NCBI GenBank assembly: GCA_036405975.1
Contig: DASWWM010000034.1
Coordinates: 4,675 to 68,674 of the forward strand
Length of the DNA: 64,000 bases
Direction: 5' to 3'
Source: Minisyncoccota bacterium
Lineage (GTDB): Bacteria > Patescibacteriota > Minisyncoccia > Phycocordibacterales > CAIZLB01
Position numbers and translations under genes: made by a program. Below are positions 27,898-36,716 of this stretch, piece after piece. The notes beneath the pieces were generated by a model that made no database searches, was not told the origin of the DNA, and saw only the letters and a program-made list of their open reading frames with translations. Numbering within the stretch: position 1 is the first letter of the stretch; each line of letters opens with the position of its first letter.

Positions 27898-28120
27898 AAA
27901 GAAAAGACCCGGCTCCAGCCGGGTCTTTTCTTTCCGTGCTGGGATACAGTCCTCTCCGACTACGTCGGCCGGTGAGTTTCGATTTCGCCCTCGTCCATCC
28001 TTCGTTGGACTCGGCTCAATAACGAAACTCCTTTCTCGTCCTGACAGGAAACGCGCAGGCGTTTCCCTTATCCCCGTAAAAGCAAAAATATAACCGAGCG
28101 TGAAGCCCGGTTATATTTTC
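27898..28120 (-). repeat. tRNA-3'-linked structured element, copy B (after tRNA-Val)
   Basis: Hairpin 28086-28119; inverted tRNA-end segments 28069-28075 and 28033-28043 split by hairpin 28047-28066; core 27953-27969; direct copy GGGATACAG 27941-27949; closing hairpin 27898-27933. Confidence 0.8.
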
Positions 28121-28123
28121 GTG

Positions 28124-28196
28124 TGGGGGATACAGGACTCGAACCTGTGACCTTCTCAGTGTAAATGAGTTGCTCTACCAACTGAGCTAATCCCCC
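28124..28196 (-). tRNA. tRNA-Val(TAC)
   Basis: GGGGGAT acceptor, loop TTTACAC, ACAGG-TTCGAGT-CCTGT. Confidence 0.95.
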
Positions 28197-28274
28197 GATG
28201 TCGACCACTATACATCAAAGCCTTTCTAATTTCAAATTTTTGAAAACGGGCATTTGCGTGGTACTGTAACGTTA

Positions 28275-29069
28275 ATGACACAAATTGTGCCTAAAAATAT
28301 AGAAATTCTCTTCGAAAATGACGATTTTCTGGCCATAAACAAGCCGGCTGGCCTTGTCGTGCATTCGGACGGAAAGACGGTTGAACCGAGCGTATGCGAC
28401 TGGGTTCTCGAAAAGTACCCTGAAGTGAAAGGGGTAGGAGAGCCTTCTCGGCTCCCGGATGGCTCGATGGTTGATCGTCCTGGCATCGTTCACCGACTCG
28501 ACCGAGACACTTCAGGCGTGCTTCTCATTGTCAAAAATCAGCCCACTTTCGAGTTCTTCAAGGACCTGTTCAAGCGGCATGTTATCCAGAAGCGATACAA
28601 TACGATCGTTTGGGGTGAGGTGAAGCTCGACAAGGGCAAGATTGACCGACCGATCGGTCGGAGCAAGAGCGACTTCCGGAAATGGTCTGCCGAGCGGTTC
28701 GCCCGAGGCGAGCTCCGAGAGGCATTGACCGAATATGAGGTTGCCAAGCGAATTGACCTCACTGATGACTCAGAGAGGGCTCAGCATGGCCATTCTTTCA
28801 AGAATAACCCTGAATTCATCCCTAAATTCACCTTCCTGGATGTCTATCCGAAGACCGGCAGGACTCATCAGATCCGAGTCCATTTCAAGGCGATCAACCA
28901 TCCGGTAGTAGGAGATGGCCTCTACGCTCCAAATCACCCGAAAGCGCTTGGTTTCGAACGGCTTGCACTCCATGCCCGATCTGTCGATTTTACTGCCCCT
29001 TCAGGTGACCGTGTGCTCATTGAGGCACCTCTTCCGGCTGACTTCGAGGCCGCTTTACTTAATATATAA
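28275..29069 (+). CDS. RluA/RluD family pseudouridine synthase
   Basis: [31 protein letters not shown]. Confidence 0.94.
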   Translation: MTQIVPKNIEILFENDDFLAINKPAGLVVHSDGKTVEPSVCDWVLEKYPEVKGVGEPSRLPDGSMVDRPGIVHRLDRDTSGVLLIVKNQPTFEFFKDLFKRHVIQKRYNTIVWGEVKLDKGKIDRPIGRSKSDFRKWSAERFARGELREALTEYEVAKRIDLTDDSERAQHGHSFKNNPEFIPKFTFLDVYPKTGRTHQIRVHFKAINHPVVGDGLYAPNHPKALGFERLALHARSVDFTAPSGDRVLIEAPLPADFEAALLNI

Positions 29070-29092
29070 GGTCTGCTATATTGATGTCCCAT

Positions 29093-29536
29093 ATGACAGC
29101 TACAACTAAAACAGCTAAAAAGCCTGTAAAGCTCGCTTCCGACAAGGGTTCAAAACTCAAGGATTTCGACATGCGAGTGGGTGACACAGTACGAGTTCAC
29201 CAGAAGATCCAGGAAAAAGGAAAGACTCGACTCCAGGTTTTCGAAGGAATGGTCCTCGCTCGAAAGCACGGTGCTGAGAAGGGTGCTACGTTCACAGTTC
29301 GAAAGAACGCAGGAGGATACGGAGTAGAACGAATTTTCCCTCTCTTCTCTCCAATGATCGACAAGGTAGAAGTCGTTCGACGAGCCAAGGTCCGACGAGC
29401 TAAGCTCTACTACATCCGAGACAAGGCTGCTAAGGAAATCAGCAAGCGAATGAAGATGGAAATGATGCGAGCTGACAGCAATGACGTCCAGGTAGAAGAG
29501 GACGAAGCTCCAGCAGCAGAAGTTGCAGCTGAATAA
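29093..29536 (+). CDS. rplS: 50S ribosomal protein L19
   Basis: [32 protein letters not shown]. Confidence 0.97.
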   Translation: MTATTKTAKKPVKLASDKGSKLKDFDMRVGDTVRVHQKIQEKGKTRLQVFEGMVLARKHGAEKGATFTVRKNAGGYGVERIFPLFSPMIDKVEVVRRAKVRRAKLYYIRDKAAKEISKRMKMEMMRADSNDVQVEEDEAPAAEVAAE

Positions 29537-29689
29537 TCTCAATACGAAAAAGCCCCGCTCTGCTCTCAGACGGGGCTTTTTTCTTTGCCAGTTCATGGTC
29601 GACTCAGGGCTGCGCTATCTGGCTACGTTTGCAAAAGGGTCTGTTTTTATGTACTATTCCGTCACAAGCTGTTAGTTGGCTTGGGGAAT

Positions 29690-29773
29690 GCGCGGGTGTT
29701 GAAACTGGTAGACAAGCTACCTTGAGGTGGTAGTGCTCGTAAGGGCGTGGAGGTTCAAGTCCTCTCCCGCGCA
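29690..29773 (+). tRNA. tRNA-Leu(GAG)
   Basis: GCGCGGG acceptor, CTACC-TTGAGGT-GGTAG, variable arm, TTCAAGT. Confidence 0.95.
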
Positions 29774-29921
29774 CAATAAATAAAAGACCCAGATGAATTC
29801 TGGGTCTTTTATTTATCCATGATAGCGGGTGAAAAGCGGGGCTCCGAGAGGCTTGTCTTGTGAAGCAACTTCATAATCTAATCAATTGACCTTCATGTGA
29901 GGGGTGTATAATGAATCCATT

Positions 29922-30710
29922 ATGATGCCACGAAAAAAATCAAAGCTTCTTGTTTCAGCTATCTTGCTCGTGCTGGCCGGACTCGTCACCCTTATCTTCA
30001 TTCAGTCCCGCCGACCAAATGAGCTCCCTTCTAGCGTGCTCGGTGTCTCGTCATCAACTCCTGCTCTGACAGGGAACGTCAAGGTTGAAACTTCAAAGAA
30101 TGAAACCGCGGATTACCAGACCGAGGTGAACATTCCACAGTTCGAGAATCCTGGCGATTCATTTGCACTTCAGCATATCAATAAGCAGATTAAGGATAAT
30201 GTCGGACAGCTTGTCATGAATTTTACCGAGGAGATACAGCAGATAAAAACCGAATCTCCCGACAGCCCTTTTAACGATCCGAGCCTTCCGAAGCATTCGC
30301 TCATGATCAAGGTCGCGAGCGCCAAAGAGGTTTCAGGGAAGTATTTCGTAGTAGAGCTTAAGGATTACTCATATGTCTCAGGGTCAGCGCATCCATTCAC
30401 GGCCACCATTGCATATAACTTCGACCTCAAGACTGGTGATCTTATTGGACTGTCCGACATATACAAGGACAAGGCGCAATTCCTTCAGGCGGTGTCAACG
30501 TTCGCAAAAAAGGAGCTTCAGCCAAAACTTGAATCCTTCTTCGAAGATGGGATTTCTCCGCAGGAGCAGAACTTCTCCGTCTACACTCTCGTGGAGGGCG
30601 GCATCCGATTCGTCTTTGACCAGTACCAGGTTGCACCGTATGCGGCAGGGGAGCAGAGCGTAACCGTGCCTGCATCAGCGCTTGCCGGTCAGCTTAAAAT
30701 CGCTCTGTAG
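29922..30710 (+). CDS. DUF3298/RsiV-like exported protein
   Basis: N-terminal TM; GSAHP, NFDLKTG..I.LSD, F.QYQVAPYAAG. Confidence 0.85.
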   Translation: MMPRKKSKLLVSAILLVLAGLVTLIFIQSRRPNELPSSVLGVSSSTPALTGNVKVETSKNETADYQTEVNIPQFENPGDSFALQHINKQIKDNVGQLVMNFTEEIQQIKTESPDSPFNDPSLPKHSLMIKVASAKEVSGKYFVVELKDYSYVSGSAHPFTATIAYNFDLKTGDLIGLSDIYKDKAQFLQAVSTFAKKELQPKLESFFEDGISPQEQNFSVYTLVEGGIRFVFDQYQVAPYAAGEQSVTVPASALAGQLKIAL

Positions 30711-30815
30711 CTTTGCTTCGGTGAGCATTCCTCGTCTCAAGGCCTCATTGCTGGCCATTTCTCAAAAGATTTGATATAACTGTGAGCACGCAATGGCTTC
30801 GGCCAAAGCGCATAT

Positions 30816-30887
30816 GGTGCCCATAGCTTAGTGGTAAAGCTCCAGTCTGTGGATCTGGCTACGAGAGTTCGATCCTCTCTGGGCACC
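30816..30887 (+). tRNA. tRNA-His(GTG)
   Basis: G-1:C73, GTGCCCA acceptor, loop CTGTGGA, GAGAG-TTCGATC-CTCTC. Confidence 0.95.
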
Positions 30888-30897
30888 CATTTTTTCA

Positions 30898-31180
30898 CGC
30901 ATAAATCCCAGCTTCAAAACAGGCTGGGATTTTGCGTTCCGAAAAATGGAGTGTGCCCGTATGGGTGCACCCATTCCGACATTTGCCCGCGCAAGCGGGC
31001 TTTTGTATTGCATGGTTGACCAAGCAAGCACGGAGGTGCTTGCGGGAGAGGGTCGAAAGGGTTCTCCAGCATTTTCGAGAGGCGAGTCGCGTTGCCCTCA
31101 CGCCTCCGACGATCATCGAGCTTTTGGATAGGCACCCTAAAAGAGAGCAGCTAAAACCCCGACCGCAAGGCCGGGTTTTG
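30898..31180 (+). repeat. tRNA-3'-linked structured element, copy C (tandem: collapsed plus full unit, after tRNA-His)
   Basis: Hairpins 30903-30932, 30985-31000, 31153-31179; antisense tRNA ends 30942-30958 and 31012-31057; GAAAGG 31055-31060; CCGACG 31106-31111; direct copies 30967-30975 and 31131-31137. Confidence 0.75.
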
Positions 31181-31194
31181 CTATACTTCCCCCC

Positions 31195-31668
31195 ATGGAA
31201 CCAACACCTTCAAAAGAACCGGTACTATTTTACGAGCGGGAATTCTACGTATTTTCAAACTTCTCAGCCTTCATGGTCGAATGGCAAGGCGTACTCTGGA
31301 TGACGTCAGAGCATGCATATCAGGCAGCACATTTTACCGACCAGGGCATTATCGATGAAATCAAAGCTGCACGGTCAGCGCATGATTCGAAGAAGATTGT
31401 TGAGAAATATCAAGACAGGAAAAGGGAGGGGTGGAAGGAAATGAAAATCGCTGTGATGGAAGAAATTGTCAGAGCAAAGCTTTCGCAGCATCCGTACATT
31501 CTTAAGAAGCTTCTTCAGACTGAGGACAGGGAAATCATCGAGAACTCTCCGAAGGATGCATTCTGGGGATGGGGCCTGAACAAGGACGGCGAGAATCATC
31601 TCGGAAAAATTTGGATGAAGCTGCGAGCGGAACTTCAGGCAGATGGCGCCGGCAATATTAATCAGTAA
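31195..31668 (+). CDS. NADAR/YbiA family protein
   Basis: FSNF, TSEHAYQA, AKLSQH, ENSP.D.FWG, G.NHLGKIWMKLR. Confidence 0.92.
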   Translation: MEPTPSKEPVLFYEREFYVFSNFSAFMVEWQGVLWMTSEHAYQAAHFTDQGIIDEIKAARSAHDSKKIVEKYQDRKREGWKEMKIAVMEEIVRAKLSQHPYILKKLLQTEDREIIENSPKDAFWGWGLNKDGENHLGKIWMKLRAELQADGAGNINQ

Positions 31669-31688
31669 GACGGTACCAAAAGAATTAA

Positions 31689-32102
31689 ATGAAAATATAT
31701 TTTGCAGGATCAATCAGGGGTGGACGGGATGACCAAGAGCTTTATTTCTCAGTCATTGCCGAGCTCCAGAAATACGGAACGGTACTCACGGAACATATCG
31801 GCGACAAGTCTTTAACTGGTTTCGGCGAGACGCAGCGAACAGATAAGGAGATTTTCGAAAGGGATATGGACTGGGTGCGAGAAGCTGATGTGGTTGTCGC
31901 TGAGGTTACAACTCCGAGCCTTGGGGTCGGATACGAATTGGGTCAGGCCGAAGCGATGGGCAAGCCGGTTCTTTGCCTTCATAGAGAAGTCGAAGGGAAG
32001 AGACTTTCTGCGATGCTTGCAGGCAATGACTATTTCACCATTAAGAAGTATGCAAATCTTGATGAGGCGAAGTCGGTCATGAGTGAGTATTTCAGCAAGT
32101 AG
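31689..32102 (+). CDS. Nucleoside 2-deoxyribosyltransferase / DNPH1(Rcl)-like N-glycosidase
   Basis: KIYFAGSIRGGR, RDMDW, EVTTPSLGVGYELG, LSAM. Confidence 0.9.
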   Translation: MKIYFAGSIRGGRDDQELYFSVIAELQKYGTVLTEHIGDKSLTGFGETQRTDKEIFERDMDWVREADVVVAEVTTPSLGVGYELGQAEAMGKPVLCLHREVEGKRLSAMLAGNDYFTIKKYANLDEAKSVMSEYFSK

Positions 32103-32186
32103 ATCTGGCTCGGTGCAACATAACGAAAAAGGCGATGCTTCGATTGAGGCATCGCCTTTTTTCTTGTCCGGCTCGGTTCGCTCCAC

Positions 32187-32795
32187 TTACTGACAAAGCG
32201 CCTGCGGGATGTATACCGTCACTTCGTCAAAGCCTGCCGTGGCAAAGAGTGCTTTGAGCTGCTTCCGAGCATTATCTGAAGCCGTTTCTAGAATATTTGC
32301 AGCGCATGCATCCTGTCGGATCGCTCTCTCCGCTTCGGCCCGTGCCTTAGACTCGAGATCCTTTCCGTCTCGCGAGAGAATCCCTTGCTTTCGGTCATAG
32401 ACCCGAGTCTTTTCATTGTCGAGTTTTGTCACGAGGATTTCTGGGGCAGGGAGGCTGATTGTAAGCTTTCCATCATCGACCTCAACGTCCTTGTCTGCTA
32501 GCTTCTTGAGATCGAATCCTGCGATAATCTCAGCGTGCGCGATGAGAAGGATTCGATCTCCATACAAGATGTTCGAGAAGAAATTCCCTTTCTGCCCTCC
32601 TTCGATGATCTTCTCCATGGTAAACGAAGAGGTCTCAAGCCTGCCGAGCTCCCGAATTTCCTTCACGACCGAGCTTTGGCTCAGGTTCATGCCTGACGAT
32701 CCGCCGAATATGAACTGACCGATTTTGTAAGAGCAGAAGAGGAATAATAGGATTGCAGCCAGTACCGCTATGATTTTCAAAATGGTCTTATACAT
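32187..32795 (-). CDS. DUF4230 domain protein
   Basis: TM; L..LET, AGFDL, LPAPEIL, A..NA..QL..L. Confidence 0.8.
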   Translation of the reverse strand: MYKTILKIIAVLAAILLFLFCSYKIGQFIFGGSSGMNLSQSSVVKEIRELGRLETSSFTMEKIIEGGQKGNFFSNILYGDRILLIAHAEIIAGFDLKKLADKDVEVDDGKLTISLPAPEILVTKLDNEKTRVYDRKQGILSRDGKDLESKARAEAERAIRQDACAANILETASDNARKQLKALFATAGFDEVTVYIPQALCQ

Positions 32796-32880
32796 GCATT
32801 AAGCATAATCTCAGTCAGGCTGTGAGTAAAGCGTGTTCCTTGTGGCTCTCTCTGCTATATAATATCTCTCATACAGCTCT

Positions 32881-33519
32881 ATGAATACGAATCCGCAAAA
32901 CTTGCTCCAGGCGGCAACCAAGGTTGCCCTTCTTCTCGTCATATTCGGATTCTTTCCGGTATTCCTCGCCGTCGTCGTCTATAACTACAACAACAACGCT
33001 TCTTCCTTGGTTCAGATAACTTCTGCATTGGACGAGGAATACAGCAAGGCTTCCTCAAGTCTGGTGGTGCTTACTCAGGAGCAGGCAGACATCCTTCGAC
33101 GGATCAATCAGTTCTCAGTCGGTGTCTGGGTAGACAAATCCGATCAGAAGGCACGGACAATCATCAATCCGGACAATACCTTCTCGGAATATGAGGACAA
33201 GAGCAAGACTGCATACGGTACATGGCGTGCCAAAGTCGTCTCCGACAGGAACGAGGCTGGGGAGACACAGGCAAGGTACATGCTCCAGAAGAATCATCTC
33301 GGAGGGAACAAAAAAGTATCGGTTCTATACGAAATTATCCAGCTTGATGAAGAGACATTCGTCCTTAATACTATTGCCCGTGGAAGCACGGAAGACTTGA
33401 ACAGGGCATTCGATTCGGCAACCGGAACGGATACCATTTACAGGCTCCGATCAGGGGGCGGTCAGGGAACTGTTACCCTTGAGAAGGACAAGGAACCGTT
33501 CGATCAGCGCCAGGAATAA
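32881..33519 (+). CDS. Hypothetical membrane-anchored protein
   Basis: 212 aa, N-terminal TM, GVW...GTW beta-barrel-like pattern. Confidence 0.7.
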   Translation: MNTNPQNLLQAATKVALLLVIFGFFPVFLAVVVYNYNNNASSLVQITSALDEEYSKASSSLVVLTQEQADILRRINQFSVGVWVDKSDQKARTIINPDNTFSEYEDKSKTAYGTWRAKVVSDRNEAGETQARYMLQKNHLGGNKKVSVLYEIIQLDEETFVLNTIARGSTEDLNRAFDSATGTDTIYRLRSGGGQGTVTLEKDKEPFDQRQE

Positions 33520-33558
33520 GCCTGAGCCTCGCCTCGGCGCTTGTAGTATACTGTCGGT

Positions 33559-34122
33559 ATGAAGATCATCGCCTCAGGTCCCGCACTTGAAAGACTCAAT
33601 GATGAGGCATTTCGGTTTGCCGCGAGTATCCGATCGGAAGGCTTAAGCGAATTCATGACATTCGTTACGGATATCGGCAGTCCTCAGAATATGGCCATGC
33701 TGTCGCTCGTGCTCGTCTGCCTCTATTGGCTGCATCGCAAGTACGTTCATATGATTCAATTCGCACTTGCGATGGGTTCGGTCAGCCTTATTACCTGGGG
33801 ACTGAAGAATCTCTTCCGGGCTCCAAGGCCTGAAGATTCCATCATGGTTATCGACGGCTTCAGTTTTCCGAGCGGGCATGCATCAACCGCGACTCTGCTT
33901 TTTGTGCTCGTCGCATATACGTATAAAGGGCATATAAAGAATATCTGGCTCAGGCGAGTATTCATCGGTGCCAATGTTCTTGCGGTTATCCTGATCGGTT
34001 TTAGCAGAGTGTATTTCGGCGTGCATTATGCAACCGACGTGATTGCGGGAATCGTGATTGCCGCGATCATGGCATCGATATCCATTATCATTACTGAAAC
34101 CAAGTTTAAAGAAGCTATATGA
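33559..34122 (+). CDS. PAP2 family phosphatase
   Basis: K....RxxRP, SFPSGH, SRVYFGVHY.TD. Confidence 0.92.
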   Translation: MKIIASGPALERLNDEAFRFAASIRSEGLSEFMTFVTDIGSPQNMAMLSLVLVCLYWLHRKYVHMIQFALAMGSVSLITWGLKNLFRAPRPEDSIMVIDGFSFPSGHASTATLLFVLVAYTYKGHIKNIWLRRVFIGANVLAVILIGFSRVYFGVHYATDVIAGIVIAAIMASISIIITETKFKEAI

Positions 34123-34931
34123 TGAGTTATTTTGACGCAGTTATTCTTTCGGTTGTTGAGGGCCTTACCGAATTCCTCCCGGTGTCTTCTACTGGCCATA
34201 TGATTCTCGTGAGCAATATCCTGGGCATTGCCAGCGACCCGTTCACGAAAGTCTTCGAGGTGGTCATACAGTTCGCTGCTATCTGCGCCGTAATCTTCAT
34301 ATATTGGAAGACCATTGTCAGCAGCAAGAGCCTTGTCCTCAAGGTCGCAAGCGCATTCATTCCGACTGCGGTTCTCGGTCTCTTACTTCATTCATTCATA
34401 AAGGCGTATCTTTTTGAAAGTGTCCTGACGGTGGTCATTGCCCTTTTTATAGGAGGAATTGCCATCATATTTTTTGAGAAATGGGCCGAAAAGAAGAGGG
34501 CGGCGTCCGGGACTTCAGAAATTGAGCAGTCTCCGTCAGTGCCTCTGGCAGACATTACCTATAAGAAGGCTTTCTTTGTAGGCCTTTGGCAGTCTCTTGC
34601 CATGATTCCCGGCGTATCCCGTTCAGCTGCAACCATCATCGGCGGCGAAGCGATGGGCATAACGCGAAAGTCCATCGTTGAGTTCTCATTCCTTCTCGCC
34701 ATTCCGACCATGCTCGCGGCGACGGTCCTCGACCTGCATTCATCGAGCCTGGCTTTCACGGAAGGGGAATGGAAGCTTTTGGCAGTCGGATGCATCGTTT
34801 CGTTTGCCGTAGCATTTCTGGCCGTTAAGTCATTCCTGAAGTATATTCAGAGCCATTCTTTTGCCGTCTTCGGATATTACCGAATCGTTCTCGCGATCGT
34901 ATACGCTATATTTTTCCTTGGTATTTGGTAA
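34122..34931 (+). CDS. uppP: Undecaprenyl-diphosphate phosphatase
   Basis: EGLTEFLPVSSTGH, PGVSRS, FSFLLAIP. Confidence 0.96.
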   Translation: MSYFDAVILSVVEGLTEFLPVSSTGHMILVSNILGIASDPFTKVFEVVIQFAAICAVIFIYWKTIVSSKSLVLKVASAFIPTAVLGLLLHSFIKAYLFESVLTVVIALFIGGIAIIFFEKWAEKKRAASGTSEIEQSPSVPLADITYKKAFFVGLWQSLAMIPGVSRSAATIIGGEAMGITRKSIVEFSFLLAIPTMLAATVLDLHSSSLAFTEGEWKLLAVGCIVSFAVAFLAVKSFLKYIQSHSFAVFGYYRIVLAIVYAIFFLGIW

Positions 34932-34940
34932 AATATCGGC

Positions 34941-35681
34941 ATGAATATTTCATCAAATTACAAGACACCTATCGCTGCAGCATCAAGCATCGTTGCCGGA
35001 GCGATCATTATCGGAGTGCTCGTATTTGCATATACGGCGTACGGAATCAGATCAATGGATAACCAGCTTTCGGTCACTGGTTCTGCGCGACAGTCCATCG
35101 TTGCTGACAAGGCTAAGTGGACTGTGAGCATTACGCGACCCGTCACTGCCTCTACGCTTAAGGCTGGCTATGCCGACATGTCCAATGACCTCAAGGTCGT
35201 CCTCGCATATTTCTCAAGGAATGGATTCGACCAGTCTGCGCTTACAGTTTCGACCGTCTTCATGGAAGAAGTCTATGAAAACTACCAGCCAGCTCCTGAC
35301 CAGAAGAAGTACACCCTTCGACAGAGCGTCGAGCTTGCATCAGATGATGTAGAGAAGGTAAGCGCTCTTTCAAAGAATGTTCAGGAAATCATCAATCAGG
35401 GCGTCATCCTCAATGCCATGTCTCCAGAGTATTCATACTCAAAGCTTGCAGACCTCCGAGTGAGCCTTCTTTCGCAGGCGCTCAAGGATGCGAAGGATCG
35501 AGCGTCAGCTATCTCTGAAATGTCTGGCAACCGAGTCGGAAAGCTCAAGTCAGCTGCAAGCGGCGTGGTGCAGGTTCTTCCGCCGGGATCTATCGAAGTT
35601 TCTGACTACGGAGCGTACGACACTTCAAGCATCAACAAGGAAGTGATGGTTACGGTTCGGGCATCGTTCAGCCTGAAGTAA
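34941..35681 (+). CDS. SIMPL (DUF541) domain protein
   Basis: TM; SVTG, AD.A.W, A..DAK.RA. Confidence 0.85.
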   Translation: MNISSNYKTPIAAASSIVAGAIIIGVLVFAYTAYGIRSMDNQLSVTGSARQSIVADKAKWTVSITRPVTASTLKAGYADMSNDLKVVLAYFSRNGFDQSALTVSTVFMEEVYENYQPAPDQKKYTLRQSVELASDDVEKVSALSKNVQEIINQGVILNAMSPEYSYSKLADLRVSLLSQALKDAKDRASAISEMSGNRVGKLKSAASGVVQVLPPGSIEVSDYGAYDTSSINKEVMVTVRASFSLK

Positions 35682-35819
35682 AAAACTGTTTGGCTTCAAA
35701 AAAAGCCCGCTCTTTTCAAATCAAAGGAGCGGGCTTTTTTGCACCTGTCATTTTTCGCACGGCGCCTGGTTCTTGATTTAGTTGCAATGACTGCATCGGG
35801 ATGTATACTCTGAAGCAAT

Positions 35820-36683
35820 ATGGCAATTATTCTTGATGGAAAAAATCTAAGAAATGAAATCGCTGCGAAGCTCAAGGCCGTCGTGGATGAGAAGCTCGAG
35901 AAAGGCTTTGTTAAGCCTTCTTTGGCCATCGTGCAGATAGGGAACAATAAGGAGTCCGAGACATATATAAGGAATAAGAAGAGGTTCGGTGAAAGCATCG
36001 GCGTGAACGTCCTCCATGTGCATCTTCCAGAGGAAATAGAGCAGACTGAGGTTCAGAAGGAAATAAAGAATCTGAATGAAGACGAATCCGTTGACGGCAT
36101 CATTCTCCAGCTCCCGATTCCGAAGCATCTTCATAAAGAAATGCTCATCGAATCTATTTCGCTAAAGAAAGACGTAGACGGTCTGACTTCAAGAAGCGTC
36201 AAAGGTCTTTGGATTGATTCGGGAACTTCGCTCATGCCAGCTACGACGAGGGGGATACTTTCTCTTCTCAAGAAATACGACGTATCGCTCTCTGGAAAGA
36301 AAGTGGTTGTCGTCGGAAGGTCGGCACTCGTCGGAAAGCCGACCGCACTCGCTCTTCTCAATAAAGGAGCAACTGTAACAATCTGCCACTCCGAGACAAA
36401 AGACCTTGAGGCGCAGACAGTCGAGGCCGACATCATCGTCGCTGCTGTCGGACGGCCTCGACTCATCTCACGCCACCATGTCCGACCCGGCCAAATCATC
36501 ATTGATGTCGGTACGACCATTGAAAATCCTGACGACAGGAAATGCGTAGGGGATGCAGACTTTGAAGACATAAAAGATATTGTCGCAATGATTTCTCCCG
36601 TTCCTGGCGGTGTCGGTCCAATGACCGTTGCCTCGCTTTTTGAAAACGTCGTTGACGTGTACCTGCGAAAAACAATGATATAA
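35820..36683 (+). CDS. folD: Methylenetetrahydrofolate dehydrogenase/cyclohydrolase
   Basis: LDGK, GIILQLP, KDVDG, GRS.LVGKP, PVPGGVGPMT. Confidence 0.96.
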   Translation: MAIILDGKNLRNEIAAKLKAVVDEKLEKGFVKPSLAIVQIGNNKESETYIRNKKRFGESIGVNVLHVHLPEEIEQTEVQKEIKNLNEDESVDGIILQLPIPKHLHKEMLIESISLKKDVDGLTSRSVKGLWIDSGTSLMPATTRGILSLLKKYDVSLSGKKVVVVGRSALVGKPTALALLNKGATVTICHSETKDLEAQTVEADIIVAAVGRPRLISRHHVRPGQIIIDVGTTIENPDDRKCVGDADFEDIKDIVAMISPVPGGVGPMTVASLFENVVDVYLRKTMI

Positions 36684-36716
36684 TGGTAAGCATCTTTACC
36701 AAAATAATCATTACGC

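Noticed and set aside
30828-31303. Several short ORFs on both strands
   Set aside because: They overlap tRNA-His and hairpin elements and have no protein-like features
32102-32110. GATCTGGCT matching tRNA-His 30852-30860 at the end of the NADAR/N-glycosidase pair (possible att)
   Set aside because: Only 9 bp and does not extend to the tRNA 3' end; could be chance
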